From Cystobasidiomycetes sp. EMM_F5 (lineage: Eukaryota): a stretch of DNA of 64,000 bases. A program made the translations under genes and the position numbers. Below are positions 53,530 to 64,000 of this stretch, piece after piece; position 1 is the stretch's first letter, and each line of letters starts with the position of its first letter. The stretch is from the NCBI GenBank assembly GCA_051047955.1, contig JBPGPT010000018.1, positions 1 to 64,000 of the forward strand, in the 5' to 3' direction. The notes beneath the pieces are model-generated. The model saw nothing but the letters and a program-made list of their open reading frames with translations. It made no database searches and was not told where the DNA came from.

Positions 53530-54313
53530 CGCACTCGTGGCCAGTCAGCGTATCCACACTCGTCCGCTCGGTGCTCGATTTGGCTCTTTTTACCAACACA
53601 CCTTGGACACGGGAGACCGTCTCAGCCTTATATCGTGAATGCCTCTACCATACCTAACCTTAGATCATTGTCCAACGCCGAACGGACATCTCTGTATCAA
53701 TCGTGCACTGAGCTCTACTACAAGTATGCCACGGCCGTTTTAAGCTTGACAATCATGCTCAAGCTTGGCATCCCGCTTTATCTTCTAACCTTTCGAGAGC
53801 TTGAGGGAGCATTGCCAGGCCGAGATCTCGGATCCTTCTCCGCTACGCAATCACAATCACAAGACAGATCCAAGAAAGATGTGTACGGCCGACGACGTCC
53901 ACATTGACTTGTCGTCTTTGGTTCTTTATGGCGGAATTGGGTATGTCAGCCCGTCCTTGTATGGTATTCCAAGCCAGAAAGAGAGTCCTAATATACGATT
54001 GTAACTGGGTAGACACCGACGCTTGTTGAGACTCTGATGAATCAGCTATAACGATTCCACTTGGCTTTGACGATGTATAGATGATCTCAGACTGGAGAGC
54101 CTTTGACGCTTCTCCGGGTCAGCGCGCAGTTTAGGGTCAGCTATTGAGGCCCTTGTATGATTAACGCAGTCTTGCATGTTTGCTGCGCCAGTTGAAAGGA
54201 AAGAGAATGACGCGGCGTCAATAATGTTTCATTTGTATCGACTCTGCCATATTACCGCTCAAACCTGCACCAAAACCAGCAATACTGAACACTGACCACT
54301 GATTACTGCAACC

Positions 54314-55591
54314 ATGGACGTCGACGCTGCGGGCTCTGCGTCTGAATATTTATCGACTCTGGCGTCAAAAGCGCCATCGTCACTCCAGCCGCACATTGAA
54401 GCCCTGCAGCGCTACAGCGACCGAAAGCTATGGCATCAGCTCGCAAACTCGCTCCAGGCTATCCTGCGAATGCCAGAGTCTGGCCCGTTTCAGATTGAGC
54501 TGTTTGATGGCTTCATCAGCCGGTACACGAAGCGTTTGGATCAGCTCAGGCTCGTAGAAATGGCAGTGACCGTGGCTCAGCAGTACGAGGGTGCGTGGAG
54601 TGGAGGGTGTGTTGCTACGAAGACTGAGTATACTCTGCAGACGGAAACGCGGCATTGGAATTCCTACGCAGCATCGAAACGACCGTGAACAAGCCAGAAA
54701 CCGTAGAAGCGCATCTATTGTGCACGACTGAGGCAGCACACTTCTCCCTGCTCCTCGGTGATCTGGCCGCTGTCCAGACGACATTGACGGCGGCATCAAA
54801 GACTTTGGATACGCTCGACAATGTCCCGTCCATCGTACATGCAGCCTTCTACCGCGTCTCTGGCGATCTTCACAAGAGCAAAGCCGAGTATGGCGGTTAC
54901 TACAAGAACTCTCTCCTCTACCTCGCCTGCGTCGACGACCTCGAACGAGACTTGACAAAAGAAGAACGCATTGGAAGGGCGCACGACCTTGGCATTGCTG
55001 CTCTTCTAGGACCGTCCATCTACAACTTTGGAGAACTCCTCATGCATCCTATCCTCAAGGAACTGCTCGGGACTCAGCACGAGTGGCTTCATTCCCTGCT
55101 ATACGCCTTCAATGCTGGCTCATTGGGCAAATTCGAGAGTCTGCTGCCCTATTTTGATCAGGAGGCGAGTCTAGGGATGGTATCGCACCCGTCTTGGTAC
55201 TAATCTATCCTCACTGTCCATCCTGCAGCCCATTCTCGCTTCGTCAATCGACTTTCTTCGGCCAAAAATATGCCTAATGTCACTCATCGACCTCGTTTTC
55301 CGCTTACCGTCTTCGCAACGCGTAGCGATCCCCTTCTCCCACATTGCTTCGTCTACACAACTTCGATCAGAAGAAGTCGAGTTCCTCATAATGAAGGCCC
55401 TTTCCCTCTCCCTCATCCGAGGTAGTATAGACCAGATTGACCAGACGGCACGAATCACCTGGGTCCAACCGAGAGTGCTAGGCAAGGAGCAGATAGATGA
55501 GCTCAGAGTGCGACTGGATGACTGGAGTACAAAAGTACTGGACGTCGGAACAAAAGCCGTCAGCGGCGCGCAAGAACTCATGGTGCAGTGA
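54314..55591 (+). CDS. RPN9: 26S proteasome lid subunit Rpn9/PSMD13
   Basis: RKLWHQL, YYKNSLLYLAC, RAHDLGIAALLGPSIYNFGELLMHPIL and PCI C-terminus VEFLIMKALSLSLIRGSIDQI...WVQPRVL. Confidence 0.95.
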
Positions 55592-55798
55592 AACTAGAAG
55601 CATCAAGCTGTAGCAAGCAGTCGCCATTATACTCGCAGTCTGTTGTAAACAACAACTAATGTTCGCAAAGCAGCATTGCATCACCCAAAACGAGCATCAC
55701 ATCACCACCACTTCGCAAGATCCTGACTCGTCCCAACTTTCTCGCTCACATCCTTGACTGCTGGTCAAAAGCCACGTCATCAAGAGTACCCTATCAAC

Positions 55799-58700
55799 TC
55801 ACTCAAAATCCATCTCTTCTAACTCTTCTGAACCAAGTCGCTGAGCTTCCCATTCCCGGTAAACGCGATCATCTTCTGCAACTCGATGGCGTTCTGCCGC
55901 TCTCTTCACTAAAGCCTGCTGCAGTTTAGCATACGGCTCATCATCCAGCAGCATCTTGGCCACGTCGTCTTCATCGATGTCTCGAATGACATCGATGCCT
56001 TGTTCAACGATTCCCTTGCTCTGCTTGCTTTTGGTGGGCGATGGTGGAGGTACCGCAGGCGCATTGAGGGCCTCTGCAGTCTGTACGCGTGAAAAGAGCA
56101 TGTGCCCCTTTTGGCGGAGTGAATGAAAGGCTATACGCTCGTCGACTGTCTCAGACACGACATACTGAAAGACGGTTGTAGCTTGCTTCTGACCGATGCG
56201 GTGTACCCTTGCGATGGCTTGCACTTCCAAAGCAGTCTGCAAGAGTGGCTCGACGAGAATAACATATTGCGCAGCGGTCAGATTGAGACCGGCTGCCTGA
56301 CTTTGTGCGTGAAGGATGAAGACGCTGACGTCAGGCTTCTCGTTGAATTCCAGAACAGCTTGATCCTTAGTACGATTCTTGCTACCGGCGCCGCCTTCAA
56401 GACGAACAAAACCTACTCCTTGTCGGGCAAAGGCGCTCGCCAGTACGTCACAGGCGTACTTCCAGCCAGAGTATATGAGTATCTTCGCTTCCTTCTTTGT
56501 TGTTCTGTCTGTATTGTTGACACTATCCTGACTCGCCTCAAGTATGGCGTCCTCATGGCGATTCCGTAGGAACAAGACATGCTTTACGACCAGATCCAAT
56601 TTGCTTCCCAGTGCTTCTCCTTGAAGCACCACCTTCTGTATACTTTCAACATCCTCCGGTGACATGTAGTTCAGCTTCTTTCGCGGATCGTTGGTCTCGT
56701 CGCGGGACTCTGCGGACGGCATCGCAATATCCTCCTGAACTTGCCTTGCAGCATCGTCCTTTGCAGGCTCTTGTACTGCGTCCACACCCTTTAGGTGAAC
56801 GCGCTGCCAGGTGTGCTCCCCGCGAACCGAGCTCCTGCAGACTGGACATGAACGCGATCCGGCTCTGTTGCACCAAGCCTTGAGGCAGTTCTCGTGGAAG
56901 AGGTGCGCACAGAAAGTGAGGACGACTGTTGTCATCACGAAGACATTTCAGCTTGAGTGCCTCCACATAGAATGGACAGAAGAGACGTCACTTACGTCTG
57001 CCGCCAGTGTCACTGCAGATCAAACACTCGTCGACATCGCCAGCTTCCCGATCTCGGAGATTGTCGAGAAATCTGCGTCTGGCAATCTTGGCCACTACAC
57101 CTTGGCTGAGCGCAGTCTCCTTAGTCTGCAGTTCGTCCATGCTTTTTGCCAGCGCATACGGAGTGCATTCTGCAGAAGGCAATTCTGCAACGGAGTCGCC
57201 GATGATTTGGACAGCACGGAAAAACGCGATACGACCTTTATTTTGCTATCAGATCACGATTCTAGACTCTGAAGAGAGCCAGACATACCATTATAGGCTT
57301 TTGTGAGAGCATTCACTTCAAGCAAGAGCCGGTCGTATATCTTCGTAACTTGGTTCAGCTGTAAATGGCGTGTAAGTTGATGCTCCCGCGGGGATCCTGC
57401 GATGATACACGCTGACTTACCGCAATGCGCAGCCGTTGCTGCTCAAGTGTAATGATATCCTGCTCTTCCTCATGCAAGACTCGCTCTTTGAGCTGGCCAA
57501 GGGCGCGTAATTGAGCTCGCAAATTATCCTCCGCGTTTTCGGGCAGCAACTTGGTGCGCTCAGCGTCAAGTTCCACCCGCAACTTGCCTCCGGGAGTAGC
57601 CGCTGCGATGATAGCTGCCGCTGTTCCCGAAGCCATGCCCATCTTTTTCTTGTATAGTGATCGCCTCGACTGCCCTTCCGGTACCAGATCAACGGCAGTT
57701 ATGTCCTTCGCAGCAACACCATCCGTCCCGGCAATGCCACCGAGCGCAACATTGTCGGCGAGGGCGCTTCGAGTTCCGGTCAATACTTGATACCAGTCGG
57801 ATATTATTCGACTGAGAAACTCCATGTAGACATCGAGAAGCTCTTGTTCCTCTGCTTTGCTTTGGTACTCTTCGGCCGAGACTGCAGACTTTACACGTTA
57901 GTGCAAGCTCTTCATAGTAGTACCTGCAGCGTTACCTTCTTTGTCGGTTAATGGCATGTTCAGTCGCTGGATGACTTCTGGCAAAACCACGCCTCGTCAG
58001 CGCGATCTCACCTCGCAACACATCGCTTACTTACCGCGCCGCCAGCGCATCATCAACTTTGCCATACCGTTAGCGCTTTCGGACATCTCTTTTATTGTTT
58101 CAAACAGATTTGCGCTCTGAAGACCCGGCTCGATATCAGATAGGGGGAGCGTAACATCTGATTCTCCAATCTTCTTGATGGTTTTCCTCTTGCCGGGCTC
58201 ATTGACATTATTCGACGGGGCCTTTTCGCCGAGACGTTCGTTCATCGAGGTTACGGCACGCCTAGCCGTTTCCTCTTCCGAGCGCAGTATCTACGCATCA
58301 CAGGCACTTTAGCGATGGGCCTGAAAGCGTAACGGACACAATGCCTGACCTGTTGTCGTAACCTTTCTGCCTCGGCGTAAGCAGCCGTTTCTGCTTCTTC
58401 CTTGTTTCCAAGCGCGAAGTATGCATTGCCGGTGAAGAAGACGGCCTGATGCATGACCATGATATTTTCGCGAAGCCGAGTGACTAGAATACCGGCTCGC
58501 CGTCCTGCGCTGCTAAGTGCGTGCTAAAATTGACGTTCAACAGATAGCTCTGGAGACTCTAGGCGCTCAAGCTCACATCGTTCGTATCTTCGGTGGCATT
58601 CTCGATAGCCTCCTTCACGGTACTTCTAAATGCGGCAAGGTAGAGATGGCCATCCAGTGGGCGCTCACTGATGTCGCTCGCGGGACTGCTCCGAGTAGAT

Positions 58701-61451
58701 TTCGGTAGAACTCGTAGCATCTCGTCTGCACAAATGTCAGCGTGGACGAGCTACATTACCAGCTTCGACTTACTATATATATCTTCTGCTTGATGGTGCA
58801 GGTCTCTCTTGGCACTTGCTAGTAGTCTGATAGCAGTTTCATATCGTTCGCAATCTTCCTTGTCGTACATCAAACGATATGCCCTGTCGACCCTGGCGGA
58901 TGCAATATTGCGCTGATCGGTGTGTAGGTCGGACAGGGTGCGATCTCGCAGGTTGTACAGAACCTCCTCTAGGGTCCTGCGCGGTGTACACACTCAGCTC
59001 AAGGGCTCTGAGACTGTCCGTCCTCATTTGCATACTGTACAGTATCGTTTTGCTTGCCGCCCAGACGCTGACCGCCCCGCCTAGCAGCACCCTCGGCAGC
59101 TGCGCCAGCTAATGCATGGAAACAAGCTTGTCGCATGAGCTGCAGCCATCGGCTCATCTTGGTGGACGATATATCCCAATCGGGGCCAACTCTTGCAAGT
59201 AACACTGCTGGTTCATCTGTTAAGCCCAGATCTGTCAGAGCATCGTTGTACCGATTGCGGTAGTTGAAGCTGAACAAATGCAACATCAAAGTCCACATCA
59301 GGCAGCTGGCAAGTGATCAGCTACCTACCTTTCGAGCGCCGAGAAATCTATGGGCACAATCTGACGATCTTGTGGAGGTAAAGTGAGTTCATCGGAAATC
59401 TCCTGCTTTGTCGTTCGAATTGCGATCCTCGACACCAAAGTTGTAAAGACGCGCACGAAAGATGGCTGCAGTAGTCGCTCAAACAGCGAGGGGTTAACAC
59501 CGACGTATTCGACGCGAAGAAACTTCAGCAACCCTGCCACTGTTACAGGGTCGTCGAGTTAGCCAAGAGCAGGACCAGAGTCACACCTCTTACGGTCGTC
59601 GATATTCTCCTTGATTGGCGTGCCACTGACGCACCAGCTATATTTCCGAGGTATCAAGCTAGCCATCTCAGAGATCGCCGAAGTCGTGCTCGCGACCATC
59701 TCTGTCGCAACCTGCGTCAATGTTGAACGGCTTGTGCATACAACCACGACCCACGAGCTTCGTCAATCACAACTCTGAGCCAATCTAACTGAATGAGAAG
59801 CGATCTGCGGTATTGGACTTTGTCGGCATCGCTAAGGTGTCTGTTTCCCCTGGTCGTATGCAAAACTGGCTTGCGAGCAATCTTGACTTCCGTCCGCAAC
59901 ACATCGAAAGTTGTCAGGACAACATCGTAAGACTTGGAAAAGGCCGGAATGTCGACGTGCCCCTTGCGTTTGGGAAAATTCTTGTCTATTCCCGTGTAGT
60001 TTAAGACTTTGAGAGATGGTGCATGTCTAGCAATCTCATCTGCCCACTGCGCAACGATAGCTTGTGGACAGACAATAAGGGTCATTGCGGTCGGGTAGAC
60101 CATCGCTGTCACGTCCTCCAGTAAATATGGCGGCTCGTTGCAGCGGTCCGGCTGCTGGTTCAGCAGAATGAGCGACAGAACCTCGACCGTTTTTCCGAGG
60201 CCCATTTCTTCTGCAGCGATGCTTCCTTCCGCATGACTATAACTGGATGCGGCAGGATCCGTTTGGCTGACTTCCATGGTGATGCCGTGGAGCCAAAGTA
60301 CATCTCCGTCATCGAGACATATCTGATGCCAGAGACTGCCTCGTGACGCGTCCGAGGCGTCGTCTCCGGCAAGGTCCACCGCTACGTGGCACCCGGCTTC
60401 GCGTTCATCCGAGATTCGCTTTCCTTCTCTTCTCAACATCCATTCTACACTGCGGCACTGGAAAGGCAATCTTGGATTATGGCACAGTCAGCTCAGAACA
60501 ACCTTTTATCGATGCTGAAGCTCACAGAGTAGGGTTGAGGCCGGGCGGAAACAGATCTCGATCCAGCGGGGCTTGCTCGCGGCGCTTGCCCTTGCGGTCG
60601 GGAACACCTCCGCCAGGCCTTTTCAGGTTGGCATAAAACCAGTCGATATCGGATGCCACGTACGCAGCATCAGCTTCAGTAGGCCTGTTCTCTATAAATG
60701 CTGCATGCAGAAGCCTGGCAACGTTCAGCTCTAAATCGGGCTTCATTTCTGAGAGGTTGTTCATATCGAGGTAAACGTGTACTCGAAGACGAAAGTGGAA
60801 TCCCGTAGCGTTTGAAGAACTCGCGTTTGCTTCATGCCGGCTGAACTCGGTGTGTATCTGTGCCAGTCCAGCATCCTTGGCTATCACTGCCGCACTGTAC
60901 CAATTCCTGCGTGCGCGGTGCCCTTGTTTCATTTTTGCCTTGAAGAGGTATCCGTTGTTCTCGTCGGGTAACGATGCTAAGTGCGTATCCCCAGAATAGA
61001 GACTTAGACATTCATCCAATTGGACATTGTAACGAGCAGTCGTCCGCAAGTCATCGCTGTCAACCGGATCCGCTCGCGAGGCCCGTTGACCTTTACGATG
61101 TGCCTCGATGTGCCATGTGTGCGTGATGACTCGCTGGAACTTCGTAGGTCTGACTCCATTTTCGGTCTTGACCTTCTTGTTTGTATGATGTCCGTCTGAC
61201 GCATCCGAGAGACTACGCGCTCTGCCTCTGCCAATCAAGTACTTTGATCCGTTTGGAGTCGTGGAGACTTGCTCGTTTATTGCCTTGAGATTCTTGAAAC
61301 GGGCGATAGACTGTTGATATTCAAATCAATAACGCCGGTCACAAAATTCATTTGAAACAGACTCAACGAAGAACGGCAAGTCCTCATCTTCGTCAGCGTT
61401 GTCGTTGATGGGGAGACGGACATGGCTCGTTGTGTTTGCAGGTATCAGCAT
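55799..61451 (-). CDS. IRC20: SNF2 helicase with a RING finger, Irc20/SHPRH-like E3 ligase
   Basis: AEEMGLGKTVE, TLIVCP, WLRVVIDEA, WCVSGTP, RING (CLIC...CAHLFHENCL..W...CPVC), GSKLD and helicase-C QAAGLNLTAAQ...QAIARVHRIGQ; start uncertain. Confidence 0.88.
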
Positions 61452-61542
61452 TGGTCGGTACAGTCAAAAGCAGGTGGCGTAAGACATCCCAATATTCAAT
61501 TTTGTCGAAGTACCTCACTGCTGACCTATGGCTACACGACAG

Positions 61543-64000
61543 CTATGATGCACTGCCGCTCCCAGACCTCTTCCACCCTGAATCCTTGATCCCCGCCTTC
61601 ATTTGGTTCACATTGCCAGACTTCTCACGCGTGTCCTTGACTTCCCGAGCGTCACGAGGTGGAGGCCGAGGCTCTCGCCCGTCAGAGCTCTGTCGCCTTG
61701 CTCCGTCGTTTTCGTTGTTGCGGTCTCTACCTCGACCACCGTAATCACGATTTTCATTGCTCCTACCACCTTGTGGACTGCGACCTTCGTACCGACCTCG
61801 TCCATTCCAGTCTTCCCGACTATCGCGTCCATCCCTACTGTCTCTTCGTTCGTATCTACCACCCTGATCGCGACCGCCATCTCGCCCTTGTTCCCGCCAA
61901 TCACGATCCATCCGGTTGTGCATGTCCCGGCCAGGCATTCCTCCCTGCTGATGGTGGAAGTCGGGAGGGAAGTTTCCTGGGGGCATCGGAGGTCCCGTGT
62001 TCCAGCTGCCGGAGTTACGCATTGGCTGATTTGGAGGTCCTCCCTGCCACGGAGGTGATCCAGCAGGATTGCCGTTCCACTGTCCGGTACCTAGTCCAGG
62101 AGGCGGTGGACCGCCATAAGGTGCACCTCCATACGGTGACATAGGCTGCTGAGGCCAGCCTCCGGGACCCTGCCAGCCAGGGTTCGCATTTGGGTACATT
62201 GGGCCTTGCGGAGCGTTGAAAGGCATCATGGGCTGACCAGGTGGACCATTTTGACCATTAGGTGCACCATTTGGCGAAAAGTAACCCATTTGAGGAGACA
62301 TGGACGGTCCAGGTGCCGTATTTAGCGCCTGCATTAAGCTTGGATTCGCCAACAAGCTCTGCAAAGCGGCTGGGTCCAGTGCACCCAGCGCGGGCTGGTT
62401 GACTTGAGCATGAACCTGACTACCATTGGCGCCCGCATTCGTGTCGAGACCAGGGATTCCCGGCATATTTGGGGCTCCGACACCCAAAGGCCCTGGCTGA
62501 TTGCCACCCTGCGGCGGTATAGCATTTTGTACATGTACAGGTGTTGCTTGCGGATTGGCGATCTGAGGGGTGTGGGCAGGTCCTCTGCTTTCTGGCACAC
62601 TTTGTACCGCAGCCGGTGGCGCTACAAGCGGTCCAAGCGCACCTTTGTTGATGACAAGAACGGTCATCAGTAGGTCTTGGGTACGATTTTCACCGATGAG
62701 ATGGTCATCCATCAACTCGACATAGTCGGGTAGGGCGTCCGTGCTCTTAAGCGGAACGATATAGTGGTCCTTGACGACTCGCTTGAGTTCGCCACTAGGA
62801 GGGCAGACGCCATATCTCCGCTTTTCCGAAAACACTTTGACTAGATGTGCATGTCTCGCGAGAGCCTTCTCATGTGTAGGAATTCCAACCTGTTTGGCTG
62901 TAGCTTCATCGGGTGCTCCGGCAGGTAGCAGGGCGATGATGATGATGTCGCGGGAGGAAGAAAATTTGTTTTGAACCAAGTATTCACTAGCAACACCGGT
63001 CTCAATACGATTATTGAGGTCGATCTGACCACGCGGAAGGAGACGCTGCCAGGTTTGCGGCAAGGCGCCCAGCGGTGTTCCAGCGATCTGGACGGCTTTG
63101 GCAGGATACCCTCCTTCCTCTGGTGAAATGACTGCACCGGTCCAGACAGTGGGCAAAGTGGACAAATCGACTTGTTGACTACCAGGCGCACCATCAGTTG
63201 TACTCTGCTCTGATTTGCCCTGCACAGCCCCCTTGTTATCACCGTTGAGCAGAGCATCGAAATCGTCGTCCGCTCGACCGGATGTCTCGAAAGGATCGTA
63301 ATCGACCGGTTCTGCATTACCAGCTGATGGCTCTCCTCCACCTTCGCCGCTCCCGATAGCGACTTCGACATCGACTTCCATCGCATCCTTGTCCTCCGTG
63401 GTTGTGGTCGCTGCGGCCGGTGCGTTAGGTACGGAAGGAGATTTGTATGAACCCCATATCTTGTCGAAATCAATCGCACTCTTTGACATGCTCTCCGACC
63501 GACGATGCTGCAAAGCGGGAGGAGCTGTAGTCGGCTCAGTCACCTGCGTCGCTGCGGCCACGTCCGTCTGCGCGTCGTTGTCCACTTCTGGAGGATCTTT
63601 AAACGATGCATCTAACGCGATATTTTGAGAGAGACGCTTCGAATCTGGAGCAACATGGCTAGGAGTCAAGGGCGACATGCCAGTAGGCGATCCAAAACGC
63701 GCAGAGTTCTCAAAGACAGGCGTGTTGCTCATTGATGCTGACAGTGGCTGCTCACGATCCTCAAAGGAGAATGAGGCGGCATCCCGTTCCAGCGCTGGCC
63801 GACTCATATCGCCTTGAGTAACCACACTGACATCGTCGTTCGTCATGCCCTGATCAAATTGGTCGAGAACTTCCTCGCCTTTATGCGTTATGCGTGTCTT
63901 TGGAGCTTGCTGTACCTGCTTGACAGACTGCTCGAGGGCTTGCTCGCGCATCGCCTGCTGCTCAGCGCGTACTTCGGGCGTAAGCAGATCTTCCTGATTC
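61543..64000 (-). CDS. BYE1: BYE1/DIDO-like transcription elongation factor (end of TFIIS-M domain plus SPOC domain), 5' partial
   Basis: REQALEQSV...KTRITHKGEE (typical end of the Bye1 TFIIS-central region), SPOC-like WTGAV...AVQIAG...RIE...YL and KRRYGV...VKDHYIVPL, and a Pro/Gly/Arg-rich tail. Confidence 0.75.
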   Translation of the reverse strand, partial: NQEDLLTPEVRAEQQAMREQALEQSVKQVQQAPKTRITHKGEEVLDQFDQGMTNDDVSVVTQGDMSRPALERDAASFSFEDREQPLSASMSNTPVFENSARFGSPTGMSPLTPSHVAPDSKRLSQNIALDASFKDPPEVDNDAQTDVAAATQVTEPTTAPPALQHRRSESMSKSAIDFDKIWGSYKSPSVPNAPAAATTTTEDKDAMEVDVEVAIGSGEGGGEPSAGNAEPVDYDPFETSGRADDDFDALLNGDNKGAVQGKSEQSTTDGAPGSQQVDLSTLPTVWTGAVISPEEGGYPAKAVQIAGTPLGALPQTWQRLLPRGQIDLNNRIETGVASEYLVQNKFSSSRDIIIIALLPAGAPDEATAKQVGIPTHEKALARHAHLVKVFSEKRRYGVCPPSGELKRVVKDHYIVPLKSTDALPDYVELMDDHLIGENRTQDLLMTVLVINKGALGPLVAPPAAVQSVPESRGPAHTPQIANPQATPVHVQNAIPPQGGNQPGPLGVGAPNMPGIPGLDTNAGANGSQVHAQVNQPALGALDPAALQSLLANPSLMQALNTAPGPSMSPQMGYFSPNGAPNGQNGPPGQPMMPFNAPQGPMYPNANPGWQGPGGWPQQPMSPYGGAPYGGPPPPGLGTGQWNGNPAGSPPWQGGPPNQPMRNSGSWNTGPPMPPGNFPPDFHHQQGGMPGRDMHNRMDRDWREQGRDGGRDQGGRYERRDSRDGRDSREDWNGRGRYEGRSPQGGRSNENRDYGGRGRDRNNENDGARRQSSDGREPRPPPRDAREVKDTREKSGNVNQMKAGIKDSGWKRSGSGSAS

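Noticed and set aside
54030..54065. CTGATGA followed by a small hairpin (hammerhead-like)
   Set aside because: No GAAA after the stem and no stems I/III; not a hammerhead core

Overview
Eukaryotic, intron-rich, gene-dense fungal DNA. The introns are mostly 45-125 nt GT(GC)-AG with CTRAY branch points, and the gene content and proteins look basidiomycete, possibly a Pucciniomycotina-type yeast (inference). I assembled about 27 protein-coding genes by hand across introns, in order: EFM4 (partial), a large hypothetical protein, TRM8, a telobox/Myb protein, a hidden HExxH metallopeptidase-like gene, EFM7/NNT1-like, ENV7/STK16 kinase, CYP53, a membrane protein, VPS34, an Msn2/4-type C2H2 factor, an HSL-family esterase, HTD2, a UBE2G1/Ubc15-type E2, two small proteins, EMC4, a PPR protein, eIF2-gamma (GCD11), an F-box protein, a Cid1-like terminal nucleotidyltransferase, PAN3, two tandem intronless paralogues with RGG tails that I cannot assign to any family, RPN9, an IRC20/SHPRH-like SNF2-RING protein and a partial BYE1-like gene. 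I recognised no tRNA, rRNA, CRISPR array or transposon. The best leads are: the RGG paralogue pair next to PAN3 and Cid1; a three-way-junction RNA structure in GCD11 intron 1; the intron-split HExxH gene; a His-to-Tyr change in the Cid1 nucleotide-recognition motif; and a repeat-rich first 1.5 kb that differs from the rest of the window. All splice models are manual and unverified.
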